A stretch of 64,000 bases of DNA from NCBI RefSeq assembly GCF_032444005.1, contig NC_091285.1, forward strand, positions 517,576,001 to 517,640,000, given 5' to 3'. Under the pieces are notes generated by a model. That model worked only from the letters and a program-made list of their open reading frames with translations, did no database searches and was not told the DNA's origin. Of this stretch, positions 1-13,181 are shown in pieces; within the stretch, counting starts at the first letter, position 1, and each line of letters begins with the position of its first letter. The translations under genes and the position numbers were made by a program. This stretch comes from Ranitomeya imitator (lineage: Eukaryota).

Positions 1-811
1 CTCTCTGAGAATAAACGTCTCAATCTGAGTGGGTACCTGTGAAACCTCTTCTTAGACTAAAATTCTCTCTATCTGTGGAGGGGTTAAGGACCTGTTGCGA
101 TTAAAACACCTGCGGCTAAGAGCCGGGGTGCTCAGCCAGAAGGCTAATGAATACATTTAAAAAAACTGACCGTCACATCCAAACATAGACTAAGTGTGAA
201 CAGGTGCTGAACCTAGAGTCACCAACTCATATAAGAGAGATGCCCTTAAGTGGTTATCAGGTACACATAAAATTGTCCATTTTTATGCGCTAAACGCTCT
301 CATTTTTCATATTTCTAGTGCAGTAATGCAGTTCAATTTTCGTGTTTCATGTTTGCATGTTTCAGTGCTGCAGTGTGCTGCCTTATTTACTTGACTGTAT
401 ACGAGTTGGGGACTCAAGGTTCAGCACCTGTTCACACTTAGTCTATGTTTGGATGTGACGGTCAGTTTTTTTAAATGTATTCTTTAGCCTTCTGGCTGAA
501 CACTCCTCCTCTTAGCCACAGGTGTTTTAATCGCAACAGGTCCATAACCCCTCCACAAAAAGAGAGAATTTTAGTCTAAGAAGAGGTTTCACATGAACCC
601 ATTCAGATGGAGACGTTTATTCTCAGCAAGAAAAGGCAAGTGTAGGACCTGGTATAAGAGAGATGCCGTAAAGAGGCTACCAGGTACACCCATTTTTATG
701 CGCTAAACGCTCTCATTTTTCATATTTCTAGTGCAGTAATGCAGTTCAATTTTTATGTTTCATGTTTGCATGTTTCAGCGCTGCAGTGTGCTGCCTTATT
801 TACTTGACTAT
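1..811. repeat. Composite inverted + direct repeat (A-inverted, B, A, B); possible Penelope-like pseudo-LTR remnant
   Basis: 1-~231 is the reverse complement of ~398-628 (e.g. AGACTAAGTGTGAACAGGTGCTGAACC / GGTTCAGCACCTGTTCACACTTAGTCT). ~230-397 is directly repeated at ~653-811. The PLE assignment is inference. Confidence 0.6.
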
Positions 812-2567
812 CCTTATAATAGGTCATCAATGTCTGATCGGTCAGGGTCCAACACTCAGCACCCCCAATGATCAACTTTTCTCGGTGTAGGTGGCAGAAT
901 TACTAAATTGTGGAGCTTTCCTGTCTTCTGATAGTGGCAACGGCAAAGTACTGCACATCTGCCTCCTATTCAAATCAATAGGAATCCTAAGGATAGGTCA
1001 TCAATGATAAAATTGTGGACAACTTTTTTAACTATACCTGTGCTGACTTGCCCCGAGACTTAAAGGATTAAATCACTCGTTATTTAAAGTTACTGTAGAT
1101 ATGAGCATATAGGCCCAGGTGCAAAAATCAGTTTGGGCTTATATCCCTTCACACAACTTCCATTTACAGATGCCTCATTTGCTTTCAGCTACATCACGTA
1201 CTAAGCGCTATGACCAAATAAGTTTTTCCCACTTTTTATTTTTTTTACATATATCTCAGACATGTTTCTGATGCATACCGCTAAGTAGCAATACAGTGAT
1301 ATACATTGCCCAAAGACACCCATTTAGGAAAAAAAAAAACACTTTGGTATTTGTTAGGCTCCATTCACACATCTGTTTTTTGCCTATGTGTTGTATCTGT
1401 CCTTTTCAGTAATAGAACAGATATCCATTATAATCAACGAGACTGTTCACGTTTATAGAAAAGAAAAAAAAATAACGACACGCAAAACATCTGTTTTCGA
1501 TGGGACTCACAGATCAAATTCTCCCAAGTTAATGAAGAGTAAATAAACATATAACCGGTAAGTATCATCCATGTTTCTTTCCTTTGCTCTCCATTTTTTA
1601 CTATTTAATGGATAGAAAAATCTTGCACTTATATTTTCATTATATTTATTTTTAAGGTAGCTTCAACTTCAAGTTTTAACTTAGAAATATTGATGCAGAA
1701 TACAGATTCACACATTGTGGATTCTGCTAATAACTTTTTCTTGAAAGAGAGTTTTAACAAAACCCAGTTGTTTGAAGCATAAAGAATCTGTATCTAGTTC
1801 ATTGCTGATTTCATTATTTGCTAATCAAAAAATGAAATTCACAGCCTAAACCTACACCAAAATATCAAATGAAAACACATGTATTTTATTGCAGAACTTT
1901 GGTGAGGAATTACTAAAGGAAAAATTCATTCATACATGGACTCGCCCAAATACAACTATGTGGAAACTCTTTTACATGTCAATATGTTTATAAAAATTTT
2001 AATCCCTTTATGGATGGACACTTTTCTATTTTTTAGTATTAGTTTTTTTCTTCACTTCTTCCAAGAGCTAAGTTTTTTACTTTCCCATCAGCAATTTTTT
2101 TGCAGTTTAAGTAACAACTCTCAATGTCACCATTCATTTCACCATACAATGCACTGGAAGTGAAAAAAAATCAATTATGATTAAATGATGAAAAAAAATC
2201 AACTCTGTTATTATTTTTAGGATTTTGCTTGTAGGTGTCATTGTGCATGAAACTGACTTGTCGTTAAGATTCTCTGTCAACTCAATTATGGCGATGCCAA
2301 ACTAATAGTTTATTATTATTATTGAGGTGAAAAAAAATTGGTTTTACTGCCATTTGCTGAGACACACAACGTCTTCAGCTTTATGCTAATGGTCTTGTGT
2401 GAGGGCTTGTTTCTTTATTTTTAAAAGGTAGGAGGGGAGGGGGTTAAAACACATTTTTATATCCTTTGCGTTTTTAAAAACCATTTTTAACTTTGTTGTA
2501 TAAACCTCTTAGCAGGCTTGAACATGCAATCTTTTGATGTATTGCTCTATATACTGCAATACAAGTT

Positions 2568-3721
2568 TGAATGCCCGCCAGGGCAGTGGGGTACTCGGTA
2601 CCAGGTCTGGTAATTAAAGGGGATGTCACGGTGGCTGTGAGCCGGTCCGTGGCCCTGGGCGCCCAATTAAAAGGGTAAAATCTTTAAAGGGTTTAATAAA
2701 GTCTATTCGTGATGCCACCTGTGGTATTCGGTCAGTAGGGACCGACACTGCTTAAAGGGGTCCTCTGGAGTGATGTTATGGAAGCTAGATGGTGTAACTT
2801 CCCACAGGTGAAGTAGGTTCCCAGGGCTCCCTGTGTATAGGTGAAGACGGTGAGAGGTGCAATAAAGAACGAGGACACAGGTTTGCAGTCTCTTTACCTG
2901 TTTTACTGTAGCTTCAGGCAACCGCAGTACAAGGCACCAGATCACAGGACAGGCAGGGTCCTGCTGGCTTGGAAGTGAATCCAGAGTCCCCTTTACCAGG
3001 TGGAGGTAAAAACCTTCCCCAAAGCGTGGTTGAGTTGTAGTCCCTTACTACCTATGGCTTCTGATAAGGTCCTCACAGTTCCACTCTGTCCTCCATATAG
3101 GTTAGGACACAAACCTGTATGACAGGTGACTCGAGCCTTCTTACAGGGTCTCTATCATGACCCGGGCTCTATATGTCACTCTTCCTCCTGGGTGTAAAGG
3201 CGGACAAGCAACTTAAAGAACTTAAAGTCCAGCTGTACTGTCGGTTTCAGCTATGCCACATTAGAGTTCAGCATGGCATCGGTCTTCCGGCTACCGGATC
3301 TGCGGTAGCCAGGAAGGTAGCCAAATCACTTCTCTGCTCCACTGGTATTATTCTCCTGTGCTTTCTCTCTCCTGCACTCTTTCTACAAACTGTTCGTTCC
3401 TTCTGTTCTCCTCCTCTAGGAGCTTTACTACCTCGGACTACATGGCCCCTTCAAACCTTCCGACACTCTATGTCCGTCTACTCTCTTCTCTGTCCTCTGA
3501 CAGAATGCTCAAAAACTCTTCTTCCCTTCAGACCAGAATGTATTTATAGGGGAGTTCACCCTAAACCAGGTTTAGAGCTCCCCCTTCTGGCCTGGAGTAT
3601 GAACGTGTTGTATGTAAGTGATTACCTGGTGAAAGTTATCCTTCATCACTTCCAAGCATGATTTACTCTCCACAAAGGGAAAGCAATGCCACTATGATGA
3701 CCAGGATCCTGGGGTGTCACA
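2568..3721 (-). mobile_element. Solo LTR-like element, same family as 59834-60951 in opposite orientation
   Basis: Ends match the 59834-60951 element in reverse: TGTGACACCCCAGGATCCTGGT vs TGCAGCGCCCCAGGGTCCTAGT, and CCGAGTACCCCA(C/T)TGCCC at the other end. No clean TSD recovered. Confidence 0.65.
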
Positions 3722-3739
3722 ATTGCATTGCAATATATA

Positions 3740-5130
3740 CAGTGGCTTGTGAAAGTATTTACCCCCTTTACATTTTCTGTGTTTTGCTGCCTCACAACCT
3801 GTAGTTTCACTGTTTTTATGGGGGGGTTTACATCAGTTCATGTAAAGAGCATGCCAACAACTGGAAACACTTGGTTTTCTTTTTATTGTGAAGTAAACAA
3901 ATAGGACAAGCTAACTGAAAGCTTCAGGATGCATAACTATTCACCCCCCTAAAGTCAGTACTTTGTAGAGACTCCTTTTGGGCAATTACAGCTACAAGTT
4001 GCTTTGGATAAGTCTCTATGAGCTTTCCACATTTAACCACTGGGATTTTTGCCCGTTCCTCAGGGCAAAACTGCTCTAGCTCCTTCATGTTAAATAGTTT
4101 CCTCTGATGAACACATTTTCTTTAAAATACTCGATTGTTGCTTTAGCAGTATGCTTTGGGTCATTGTCTTGTTGGAAGGTGAATCTCCGACTATGCCACA
4201 AATCACTGACAGACTGAAACAGGTTTTGCTCAAGAATATCTCTGAATTTTGCACCATCCATCTTCCCCTCAACATAGACCATTTTCCCTGTCCCTGCTGT
4301 CAAAAAAATCACTACAGCATGATGCACCCACCACCATGTTTCACTATGGGGATGATGTTCTTGTGCTGATAAGCTGTGTTGGCTTGGTGCCATACAAAGA
4401 GTTTATTTTGGTGGCCAAAAACTTCAATTTTGGTCTAATTTGACCACAGCATTTTCTTCCATACATTTGGGGAGTTTCCCACATGTCTTTTAGCAAACTC
4501 ATAACGAGCCTTACAATTTTTGTAAGTTAAGGCTATTTTTCTACCCACTCGTCTATAAAGACCACCTCTATGAAGTGTATGTCTTAGTATGATTGCATGT
4601 ACAGATACGCTAGTCTCTGCTTGCAGCTCCTTCACGGTTACCTTTGGTCTCTGTGCTGCCTCTCTCATTAATATTCTCCTTGCCTGAGATTATTTTTTTA
4701 GTGGGTGGCCCTCTTTTGGCAGGTTTGTTGCGGTACCATGTTCTTTCCATTTGATGATAAAGATTTGATGGTGCCCTTGTGGATGATCAGAGATTGGGAT
4801 ATTTTTATATAACCCAACCCGTACTTCTTAAAAACTTTGTACCTTACTTGTTTGGAAATCTCCTTGGTCTTCATGGTGTTGTGTCATTAGATGTGTTAGT
4901 TAGGTGTGTGTGGTGTATCAGCCTTTGTGGCCTTTCAGAAAAGGTAAAGTGTATATACTGTATATACTGACAAACCCTGTGAAATTTAGATTGAACAAAG
5001 GTGGACTTCCTTTCACTAAGAATGTGACTTATGAAGGTAGTTGCTTGCACTAGACATTTTTAGGGGCTATATAGCAAAAGGGGTGAATACATAAGCTTAT
5101 GCTAATTTTTTGTTATTTGGTCCCAGAAAT
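3740..5130 (-). mobile_element. Decayed Tc1/mariner transposon with transposase pseudogene
   Basis: TA|CAGTGGCTTGTGAAAGTATT terminus. ORF fragments 4085-4668 carry Tc1 motifs (KMDGAKFRDILEQNL, FTFQQDNDPKHTAKAT, KKMLWS). Multiple frameshifts and truncated right end. Confidence 0.85.
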
Positions 5131-6044
5131 TTAACCCCCTTCTGATATTGGGTGTACATTTACTCAGATGTCAGACTCCCTCCCTTTGATGTGGTCTCCG
5201 GCAGTGAGCCCATATCTTTCCCAGTACATGTCAGCTGTTTTGTTAATTTTATTGCACAGGTGCCTGCTGATGAATACTCTCATCAGCGTCGCCTGCTCTC
5301 GCTGCTATCAGCGAGAGATGTAGGATGATGAGAGAAGTACTGTAGTACCAGAGGTAATGAATAATAAGGAAAACATTCAGCTCACCTCTGAGATACTTTT
5401 CCAATCTGGCATGAGCACGGCGTCCCCTCTGCTGCACAGCGCTGTAGTGAAATGAGGAAAATAGGGGTGGAACCAGCTCAACACAAAATTAAGAAATCAC
5501 AAAATATCTATTGAAAATCCTTTAAAAATAAAAATAATGAAAAAATGGGCATCTCAGACAACAAAGCAATAAAGAGGGGTGGTGTGTGTAACAAAGGTCA
5601 ATCCATACGCGTTTCGAACTATATGGCTCTTGAACACTGGATAATATCCAGGTTCACCTCTCAAAACATTACATATCACCTCTCAAAACATTACTTTGAG
5701 CATCATGGAGGACTTTGTAAAGGTACAGAGATTTGGGGAATTCAAATAGTTAAACCAAGTTGGGGGGTAATTATATCAAGCAAATCTCTAGGCCTGAATG
5801 CCAGTGGATATTTCAATTTGATTCATAAAAACCAAAGGGACTAAATAGGGAAATTGAGCTGTTTGGCTTTCAATAGAAATGAACATAATTGAAGGTGGAA
5901 CTCCTGCTGGGGTTATGAGAAAATGCTTTCCATGCTGGGCATCATCAATCCTGAGGAAGAAAACCAGTGTCTTCGAAAAGTGTTGATTCTTGAACTGACT
6001 GAATTTATTTCTGAACTATACTTACCCAGCATTTCAAAGAGAAA

Positions 6045-6170
6045 TAAGTCCACATGTGTTAATTCATAGTTTTGATGCCTTCAGTGTGAATGTACAATTT
6101 TCCTAGTCATGAAAATACAGAAACATCTTTAAATGAGAAGGTGTGTCCAAACTTTTGCTCTGTACTGTAT
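6045..6170. mobile_element. Tc1-family terminal inverted repeat fragment
   Basis: Ends in GAGAAGGTGTGTCCAAACTTTTGCTCTGTACTG|TA, a typical Tc1 TIR end with TA target. Confidence 0.6.
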
Positions 6171-9100
6171 AGTGTGGATGAAATATTGCATTGTGACTGT
6201 TCTTAGATACCCTGCTAGTTACTTGGTAATCACACCTGTTCATTACAGGAAAAAGTGGATAACCATGTGATGACACCAAGCACTCAGCACTTTAAAGAGA
6301 AACTGCCAAGCAAATATACCCCTACTGTCATGTCATTAGCCAGCAGGAAATAGTGGACTCCCACATGTTGACCTGATGACCGCAGTATTCTAAGAGGTAT
6401 TGTTGAGCAAATATACCCCGGTTGTATATTGTCTGCTACTGATTGTTTTTAGTGTGGAATACCACTAAACTGCAAGCCTGATTTTGTGGCCATATCATAT
6501 GCAAATTAACACCCCTTGAATTTGAATATAGGAAAATATAGCCACCTCCACTGGAACGCTAGCACTTTGAAGGCATCATACTATGTATGGAGGCTGGCGT
6601 TGTCATAAAGTGCAAGGGGCTCTGCAGGAGTTTCATACTGTATATGGGACACTGTGGGGGGCATAATAATGTGAATGATGACACTGCTGGGGCATCATAA
6701 TGTAAGTGGCGCACTGTGAATGCATAATAATGTGTAAGGATGAAACAAAAGGGCATCATAATGTACTGTATGAGGAGCACTGTGTGGACATCATAGTGTG
6801 TGTGGGAGGCGTTTGTTCTGCATTACACTGTGTGGAGAAGCACAATGGGCCATCATACCGTGTGGTCAGGCATCATACGGAATGGGAGTCATGAAAGATG
6901 TATTATAGTCATTTCAAATACTGAGGGGCTTCACTAGGGACACTATTCTTGAATGGGTGCATTTATAGGACTCTGGAGGGTCAGCAAGATTTAATGTATA
7001 TAATAGGCCCATAGCCACAGAATCTGGGTGTGCTGTCAAATGCATATGTAAAAGGGTGTGCCGCAGAAGATGAGATTCCCCAGTGCTGCATGGCATTTGT
7101 GTCTAGAAACTGCCACCTCCTGCACAAGCAGAACCCTATGGAGAGAACAGGAAGGGAAAGAGTTTCGGGAAGGACAAGTCTGGATGGAGTATTGGATCAG
7201 GTGACCTTTGTGACGCAGTTTCCCAACATAAGAGGCCAGAGTGACAATGTGGGATGAGATTTGGCACAAACCAGTGAGACCAGCAGGATTTGTGTTGAGA
7301 GGGGTGCAGAGCCAGAGATACCGGGACATGTTAGGAGGACCGAACCGGCGGGCTGTTGTAAACCCCTGAACAAGATCCAGATGATGCCAGTCAACATCCA
7401 TGGACTAGACTACACTGGTCAAGTTCCACAAACCAGACCATGCCGTTGCAAGAACTGATGCGTAGCTCTCGTCCGACCAGGCCTAATAGACAACTGTCGC
7501 AAGTCAAGCACCAAAGACTTGGTGAGTACCCCATTCACAGGTGACAGGAGGCACGAGTGAGCCGGACTGGTACTTCCAACACTGACAGACAGTACATGGT
7601 TCTGTCTGGGGTAGTACAGCAGATGGGATGGGAACCGGCCATTGTGAGAAAGTCCCAGAGGGCACTACTCAACTTTGTAAGAAGGACTTGCGCGAAAACA
7701 GCAATATATAATAGTTTAAATGTATCACATGATCCTACCAAAATCTTGAGAACATAGCATAAGCAGGAATTAAAGCATAACTTTTAATGTATAACCAAAT
7801 AAAGGAATATATTAAATAAACTGTCACCCAAAAAAAGTGTATCGATAAAAAAGTACTACTGGGTATACCCTGTCAGGGGACGTGCCATGCAAAATTTAGT
7901 ACTTATTCAAGATTTTTGTGCAGACTTGCGGCCTAGGGGAAATAATCGGAGACCCCAGCAAGAGTCTATAATAAAAAGGGGATCATTGTAGTGACACCCT
8001 TATTACTGTTAATATTGCCCTCATTAGGAATCTGCAAAACAACATAGAGAGAAGCTACCACAAGACTTAGTGTGCTTGAAAATGCATTATCTTGTATAAG
8101 GTGTACTTTAAATACTCTGCTCTCATTGGATCTTCTTCCTTTTAAACTACCACCGTCTTACACCCGCTTTAGGAAAATAAACAGTGAAGTTGGTTATTTC
8201 CACCTTGTTCTTGTCTGTGTGTTGCACCCAGTAACCTGTTTACACATCTTGGTTTAAATCTCAGACAACATGTCCACTATATGTCTGTATTTCTGGACGA
8301 GTATGCTTTAGGCTAGGGCTGCAAGCTGACATATGTCCTGTGGCACTGAATTTGCAGAGTTGCTTTACATGTAATAACTGGCTATGGTGTCTCATAGTCT
8401 GAAATATTCCTAAATATATTGATATTTTTGTGGCTGGTCATAAGTAGCACACAATACACTTTTCATTGACTTCAATGCAAGTTGCAAACAATATGCAACT
8501 TGCATGCCACTTGTCTGTTATACTTACAGCAAAAATAGAGCTGTAAAATAGTTGGGTGATATTGAGTCATAGACAAATTGCACAAGTCTTTTCAGTGAAT
8601 TGCTATAGCGTCACACATGTTGCAATAGAGCCCCAGTTTTAAGACCTAAACACAACTATGCAAAGCCAAATAAGAGTTACAAGCCTGATAAAATGTTTGT
8701 GTTTAGATTTTGTACTGTGAAGGCATTCAGTTTGTTTTGTTGGCATTGCATGAAGGCATGAATTAGAGTAGCTGTAGGAAAAAGACAATAGCAATGCCTT
8801 CTGCATGCTTCGGCTGATTGTGCAAAGAACTATAATGCTAAAGTAAAAGGTATTTTAACATGAAGCCGATTGGCATTTCTACTCTCTGGGATCAATAATG
8901 CTGTGAAAGCTGGACATTTCATTAGGAAAGATGAGACAAGTATTCTCCTATGTACTTCAGATTGATTAAAAGAGCACATACTGCATGGGCATAGAAGATT
9001 GAAACATTGGCTTGAAATTTCACTGCTGGAGATTGCAGAAGATTGCAGGCTAAATAAAGAGAATCGTTTCTTGGATGAGAATTTGTAAAAAATGCAACCT

Positions 9101-9248
9101 TATCTAACCTCCGTAATAAAATCTTTATTATTTAATCAAAGCTCTTTCTTGCTTTTACTTACAGTATAAAACTGAATGCAATTGCAACTGGGTACATAAA
9201 AGAGTTTTATGAAGCCCATGTGAATTTCATTTTGAAAACCCGCATTTA

Positions 9249-10318
9249 GGCTGGTTTCACATTTGCGTTTTTTGCCGCTGTGTTTTAGCGCAAAAAACCG
9301 CATGCGTTTTTTTTTCTATACTTAACATTAAAAACGCACGCGTTTTTTTGCATGCGTTTTGCCGCGTTTTGCCGCGTTTTGACGACGCAGGCGTCGTTTC
9401 TATGCTTGCGTTTTGTTGCGGAAATGCAACCTGTAGTAATTTCTAGCGGTTTTTTTTTGCGGCAAAAAAACGCATGCTTTTTTTGCCGCAAAAAAAGTAT
9501 TGCTGTCTATGTAAACGCATGTGTTTCGTTTTTAAATGCATTCGTTTCAATAGAAAAACACAAGAATACACATTGATAAGCCACCCCCAACCCTAACCCT
9601 AACCCTAGGGATCCTAAGCCTAACCCTAACTCTAAGGGTTAGGATCCTAACCCTAACCCTAACCCAAAGGGTTAGGGTTAGGATCCCTAGGGTTAGGGTT
9701 AGGATCCCTAGGGTTAGGGTTAGGGTTAGGATCCCTAGGGTTACTAGGGATCCTAACCCTAACCCTAGGGTTAGGGTTGGGGTTAGGGTTAGGATCCCTA
9801 GGGTTACTAGGGATCCTAACCCTAACCCTAGGGTTAGGGTTAGGATCCCTAGGGTTAGGGTTAGGGTTAGGATCCCTAGGGTTAAGGTTAGGGTTAGGAT
9901 CCCTGGGGTTACTAAGGATCCTAACCCTAACCCTAGGGTTAGGGTTAGGATCCCTAGGGTTAGGGTTAGGATCCCTAGGGTTAGGGTTAGGATCCCTAGG
10001 GTTAGTGTTAGGGTTAGGATCCCTTGTAACCCTAGGGATCCTAACCCTAACCCTAACCCTAGCTATTTCTGTTTATAGTGGGTTTTCTAGTTGATTTTGA
10101 TGATTGGCAGCTGTCACACACTTCTCATCATGCGTTTCAAAAACGCAAACGCAGGAAAAAACGCATGTAAACGCGTCAAAACTCCGCATTTTTTTACCAC
10201 ATGCAAAAACGCATGCGTCTAAAAAACGCAGCGTTTGCACGCGTTTACATGCGTTTTTTGCACCACATGCATTTGCGTTAAAAACGCTGCGTTTTTTAAC
10301 GCAAATGTGAAACTAGCC
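9249..10318. mobile_element. PIF/Harbinger-type MITE carrying a telomere-like repeat core
   Basis: TIRs GGCTGGTTTCACATTTGCG / CGCAAATGTGAAACTAGCC, with 3-bp TSD TTA at 9246-48 and 10319-21. Confidence 0.85.
9586..10062. repeat. Interstitial telomere-like array (CCCTAA and TTAGGG tracts joined by GGATCC/CCCTAGGG palindromes)
   Basis: Read directly from the sequence. The Gly/Leu-rich ORF 9777-10094 is only a translation of this repeat. Confidence 0.95.
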
Positions 10319-10786
10319 TTATATATTTGTAATGAATTTTTTTGGTGCATTTTACAGACATGTTTTAGAGTTATTTCTCCACCTGTCCTGCTGCATTTGA
10401 AGTTTCATTCCAACAGATAAAGGGAGCTTCCCCCTCCTCTGTATGTTGGTCACATGTGAGTGGTTCATCAGGATTTCATGCTTCTGCTACTTCCTCCTTT
10501 TACATGCAAGTCTGTCTGCATCATCAAGGATATCGGAATAGCAGAGAGGTGTTAAAGATGACCACATTGCTGTAAGAGATAAGGGGTTCCACACTCCAAG
10601 GTACATGCAAGTAGTTTTATTACGCGATACGATCTATAATTTGTATTTGAAAAAGGGCTCGTTTTGAGCCAGAAACGCATAGTAAAACTACTTTCACCTA
10701 CCTTGGAGTGTGGGACCTCTCATGTTTTGCAGCAGCGCAGCGATCTTCAAACGCCTATCCTCTATTCCATTATCTATTGTGTACAG

Positions 10787-10879
10787 AAGAAGGAAATATT
10801 CTAGATGCTGATTCAAAAAATGTTCTAGCGCTGACTCAAAAACAGGTTTTTATTGGAGTTGTGATCACAACTACATCAG
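10787..10879 (+). CDS. Candidate internal exon of unidentified host gene (EEGNILDADSKNVLALTQKQVFIGVVITTTSG)
   Basis: Acceptor tattgtgtacAG, consensus donor CAG|gtaagt, 93 nt, phase 1-1, only one open frame, non-repetitive context. Protein not recognised. Confidence 0.45.
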
Positions 10880-11171
10880 GTAAGTGGTATCTCCTCTGAC
10901 CTCCATCCTCTATGCACTATACCATATCACCCTATGGGCGCTTGACTCGTTTTTCCTTTTCCTGGAGTATATTGGTATCCAGGTATTCTGACATTGTATT
11001 TTTAAGTATGTTCAATATTGAAAAAAGAAACAACACTCACCAGGTTAATGTCCTGTATTCCAGCGCTTGAATAGTCGCGAAACAGCTGTTGTCCTCCTTC
11101 ACTTCCCCGCTCCCCCTGCATGTTAAAGGATTGTCCCACCACACGGACTAAATGACATTAACCATTTTTAA

Positions 11172-12330
11172 CCCCTTCATGACCTTGGGATTTTCCGTGT
11201 TCGTGTTTTCGCTCCCCTCCTTCCCAGAGCTATAACTTTTTTATTGTTCAGTCAATATGGCCATGTGAAGGTTTTTTTTTTGCGGGACGAGTTGTACTTT
11301 TGAACGACATCATTGGTTTTACCATGCTGTGTACTAGAAAATGGGAAAATAATTCCAAGTGCGGTGAAATTACAAAAAAAATGCAATCCCATGAGTGTTT
11401 TTTGTTTGGCTATTTTGCTAAATTCACTAAATGCTAAAACTGACCTGCCGATATTATTCTCCAGGTCATTACGAGTTCATAGACACCAAACATGTCCAAG
11501 TTATTTTTCATCTGAGTGGTGGAAAAAAATTCCAAACTTTGCTAAAAAAAATAATAATTGTGCCATTTTCCGATACCCATAGCGTCTCCACTTTTCGTGA
11601 TCTGGGGTCGGGTGAGGGCTTATTTTTTGCATGCCGAGCTGACGTTTTTAGTGATATCATACTGGTGCAGATACATTCTTTTGATCGCCTGTTATTGCAT
11701 TTTAATGCAATGTTGTGGCGACCAAAAAACGTAATTTTGGCCTTTCAAATTTTTTTCTCTCTACGCCGTTTAATGATCAGGATAATGCTTTATTTTCTTG
11801 ATAGATCGAGCGATTCTGAACGCGGAGATACCAAATATGTGTATATTTTATTTTATTTGCATTGTTTTATTTTGAATGGGGCAAAAGGGGGGTGATTTAA
11901 ACTTTTATATTTTTTTTTATTTCATATTTTTTTTAAACATTTTTTTTTAACTTTTGCCATGCTTCAATAGCCTGCATGGGAGGCTAGAAGCTGGCATAGC
12001 CTGATCGGCTCTGCTACATAGCAGCGGTCATCAGATCACTCCTATGTAGCTGAATTACAGGCTTACTATGAGCAACTCGGCATCAGCAAACATAGAGGTC
12101 TCAAGGAGACCTCTGATTACTATGCCAACGCATCACTGACCCCCGATCATGTGAAGGTAGTTAAATGCCGCTGTCAGCGTTTGACAGCGGCATTTAACTA
12201 GTTAACGGTGAGTAGATCGTGATTCCATTTGCCGCTATTGCACACTTTGATGCAGGCTCACCGCCGGAGCCCACATCAAAGCAAGGGATCTGACATCGGA
12301 CGTACTATCCCGTCTGAGGTCAAAAAGGGG
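11172..12330. mobile_element. Non-autonomous piggyBac-type (TTAA) element
   Basis: TTAA|CCCCTTCATGACC ... GGTCAAAAAGGGG|TTTA termini (right TSD has one mismatch). No transposase. Confidence 0.7.
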
Positions 12331-12743
12331 TTTAGAAGCAATGGTGAGTGCTGTTTCTTTTTTCAATATTGAATGCACTTGGTCTTCAACACATTTTTCA
12401 TGCACCAACTAGCTCGCTATCAGGTGGTATGATTTATACTAAGAACTGATTCAGACTGCAGTCAGCAGATTGGTGCCGCTTTTTCTGCTTTTTCATTTAT
12501 TGCAGTTTTTAAGTATGGTCTCCTTTCATCTCTTCAATAAAATCAGTACCAATAGCCATCATTGCTGAGACCATTTAGCTTAGCTAACCAATTTGACATT
12601 TCTGACACTTCCGAAGATGCCACAGAACAAATTTAATTTAAAATATTTTGAATAACCTCTTTCATTTCGCTTATCCATGTACAACTATCAATGGAAACTT
12701 TTTCTCCAGGTAGACCTTCTTAGAATTCACTACAGCATATTAA

Positions 12744-13140
12744 GGCCTCTTTCACATTTCACGCATTGCGACGGGCTCGTACCGACGGACGTTGTGAATT
12801 CTTTGCAAGACGAGGGCAGCGGATGCAGTTTTTCGACACATCCGCTGCCCATTCTGCAGTCCGGGGAGGAGGGGCAGAGTTTCGGCCGCGCATGCGCGGT
12901 CGAAAATGGTGGACGCGACGCACAAAAAAAGTTACATTGAACTTTTTTGTGATGACGGTCTGCCAAAACACGACAGATCCGTCGCACGTCAGATGCAACG
13001 TGTGGCAATCTGTCTCGATCCATCGCTAATAGAAGTTTATGGGCAAAAAACGCATCCTGCGAGCACATTTGCAGGATCCGTTTTTTGCCCTAAACGACGG
13101 ATTGCGGCAGATTGCAAACGACGGAAGTGTGAAAGAGGCC
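12744..13140. mobile_element. PIF/Harbinger-type MITE
   Basis: TIRs GGCCTCTTTCACA / TGTGAAAGAGGCC, TSD TAA on both sides. Same family as 53095-53510. Confidence 0.85.
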
Positions 13141-13181
13141 TAACCTACTGGAGAGTAGCACATTTATTCTTGGAGTATTAA

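Noticed and set aside
1896-1995. Acceptor followed by NFGEELLKEKFIHTWTRPNTTMWKLFYMSICL*
   Set aside because: No convincing donor, it runs into a stop, and it is adjacent to repeat-derived sequence.
5260-5365. Strong acceptor and donor pair around GTGCCTGCTGATG...CAGAG
   Set aside because: All three frames contain stops and it lies in a TTAA-type MITE fragment.
5890-6068. Protein-like open frame YEKMLSMLGIINPEEENQCLRKVLILEL
   Set aside because: It overlaps a hammerhead-like fossil and a Tc1 TIR, and the splice sites are weak.
7000-7750. Cluster of short GC-richer ORFs resembling a coding fossil
   Set aside because: No recognisable motifs, and termini and TSD were not found. Possibly an LTR-like remnant, left unclassified.
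9777-10094. Gly/Leu-rich ORF, and similar ORFs at 52562-53722
   Set aside because: These are translations of TTAGGG-type repeats.
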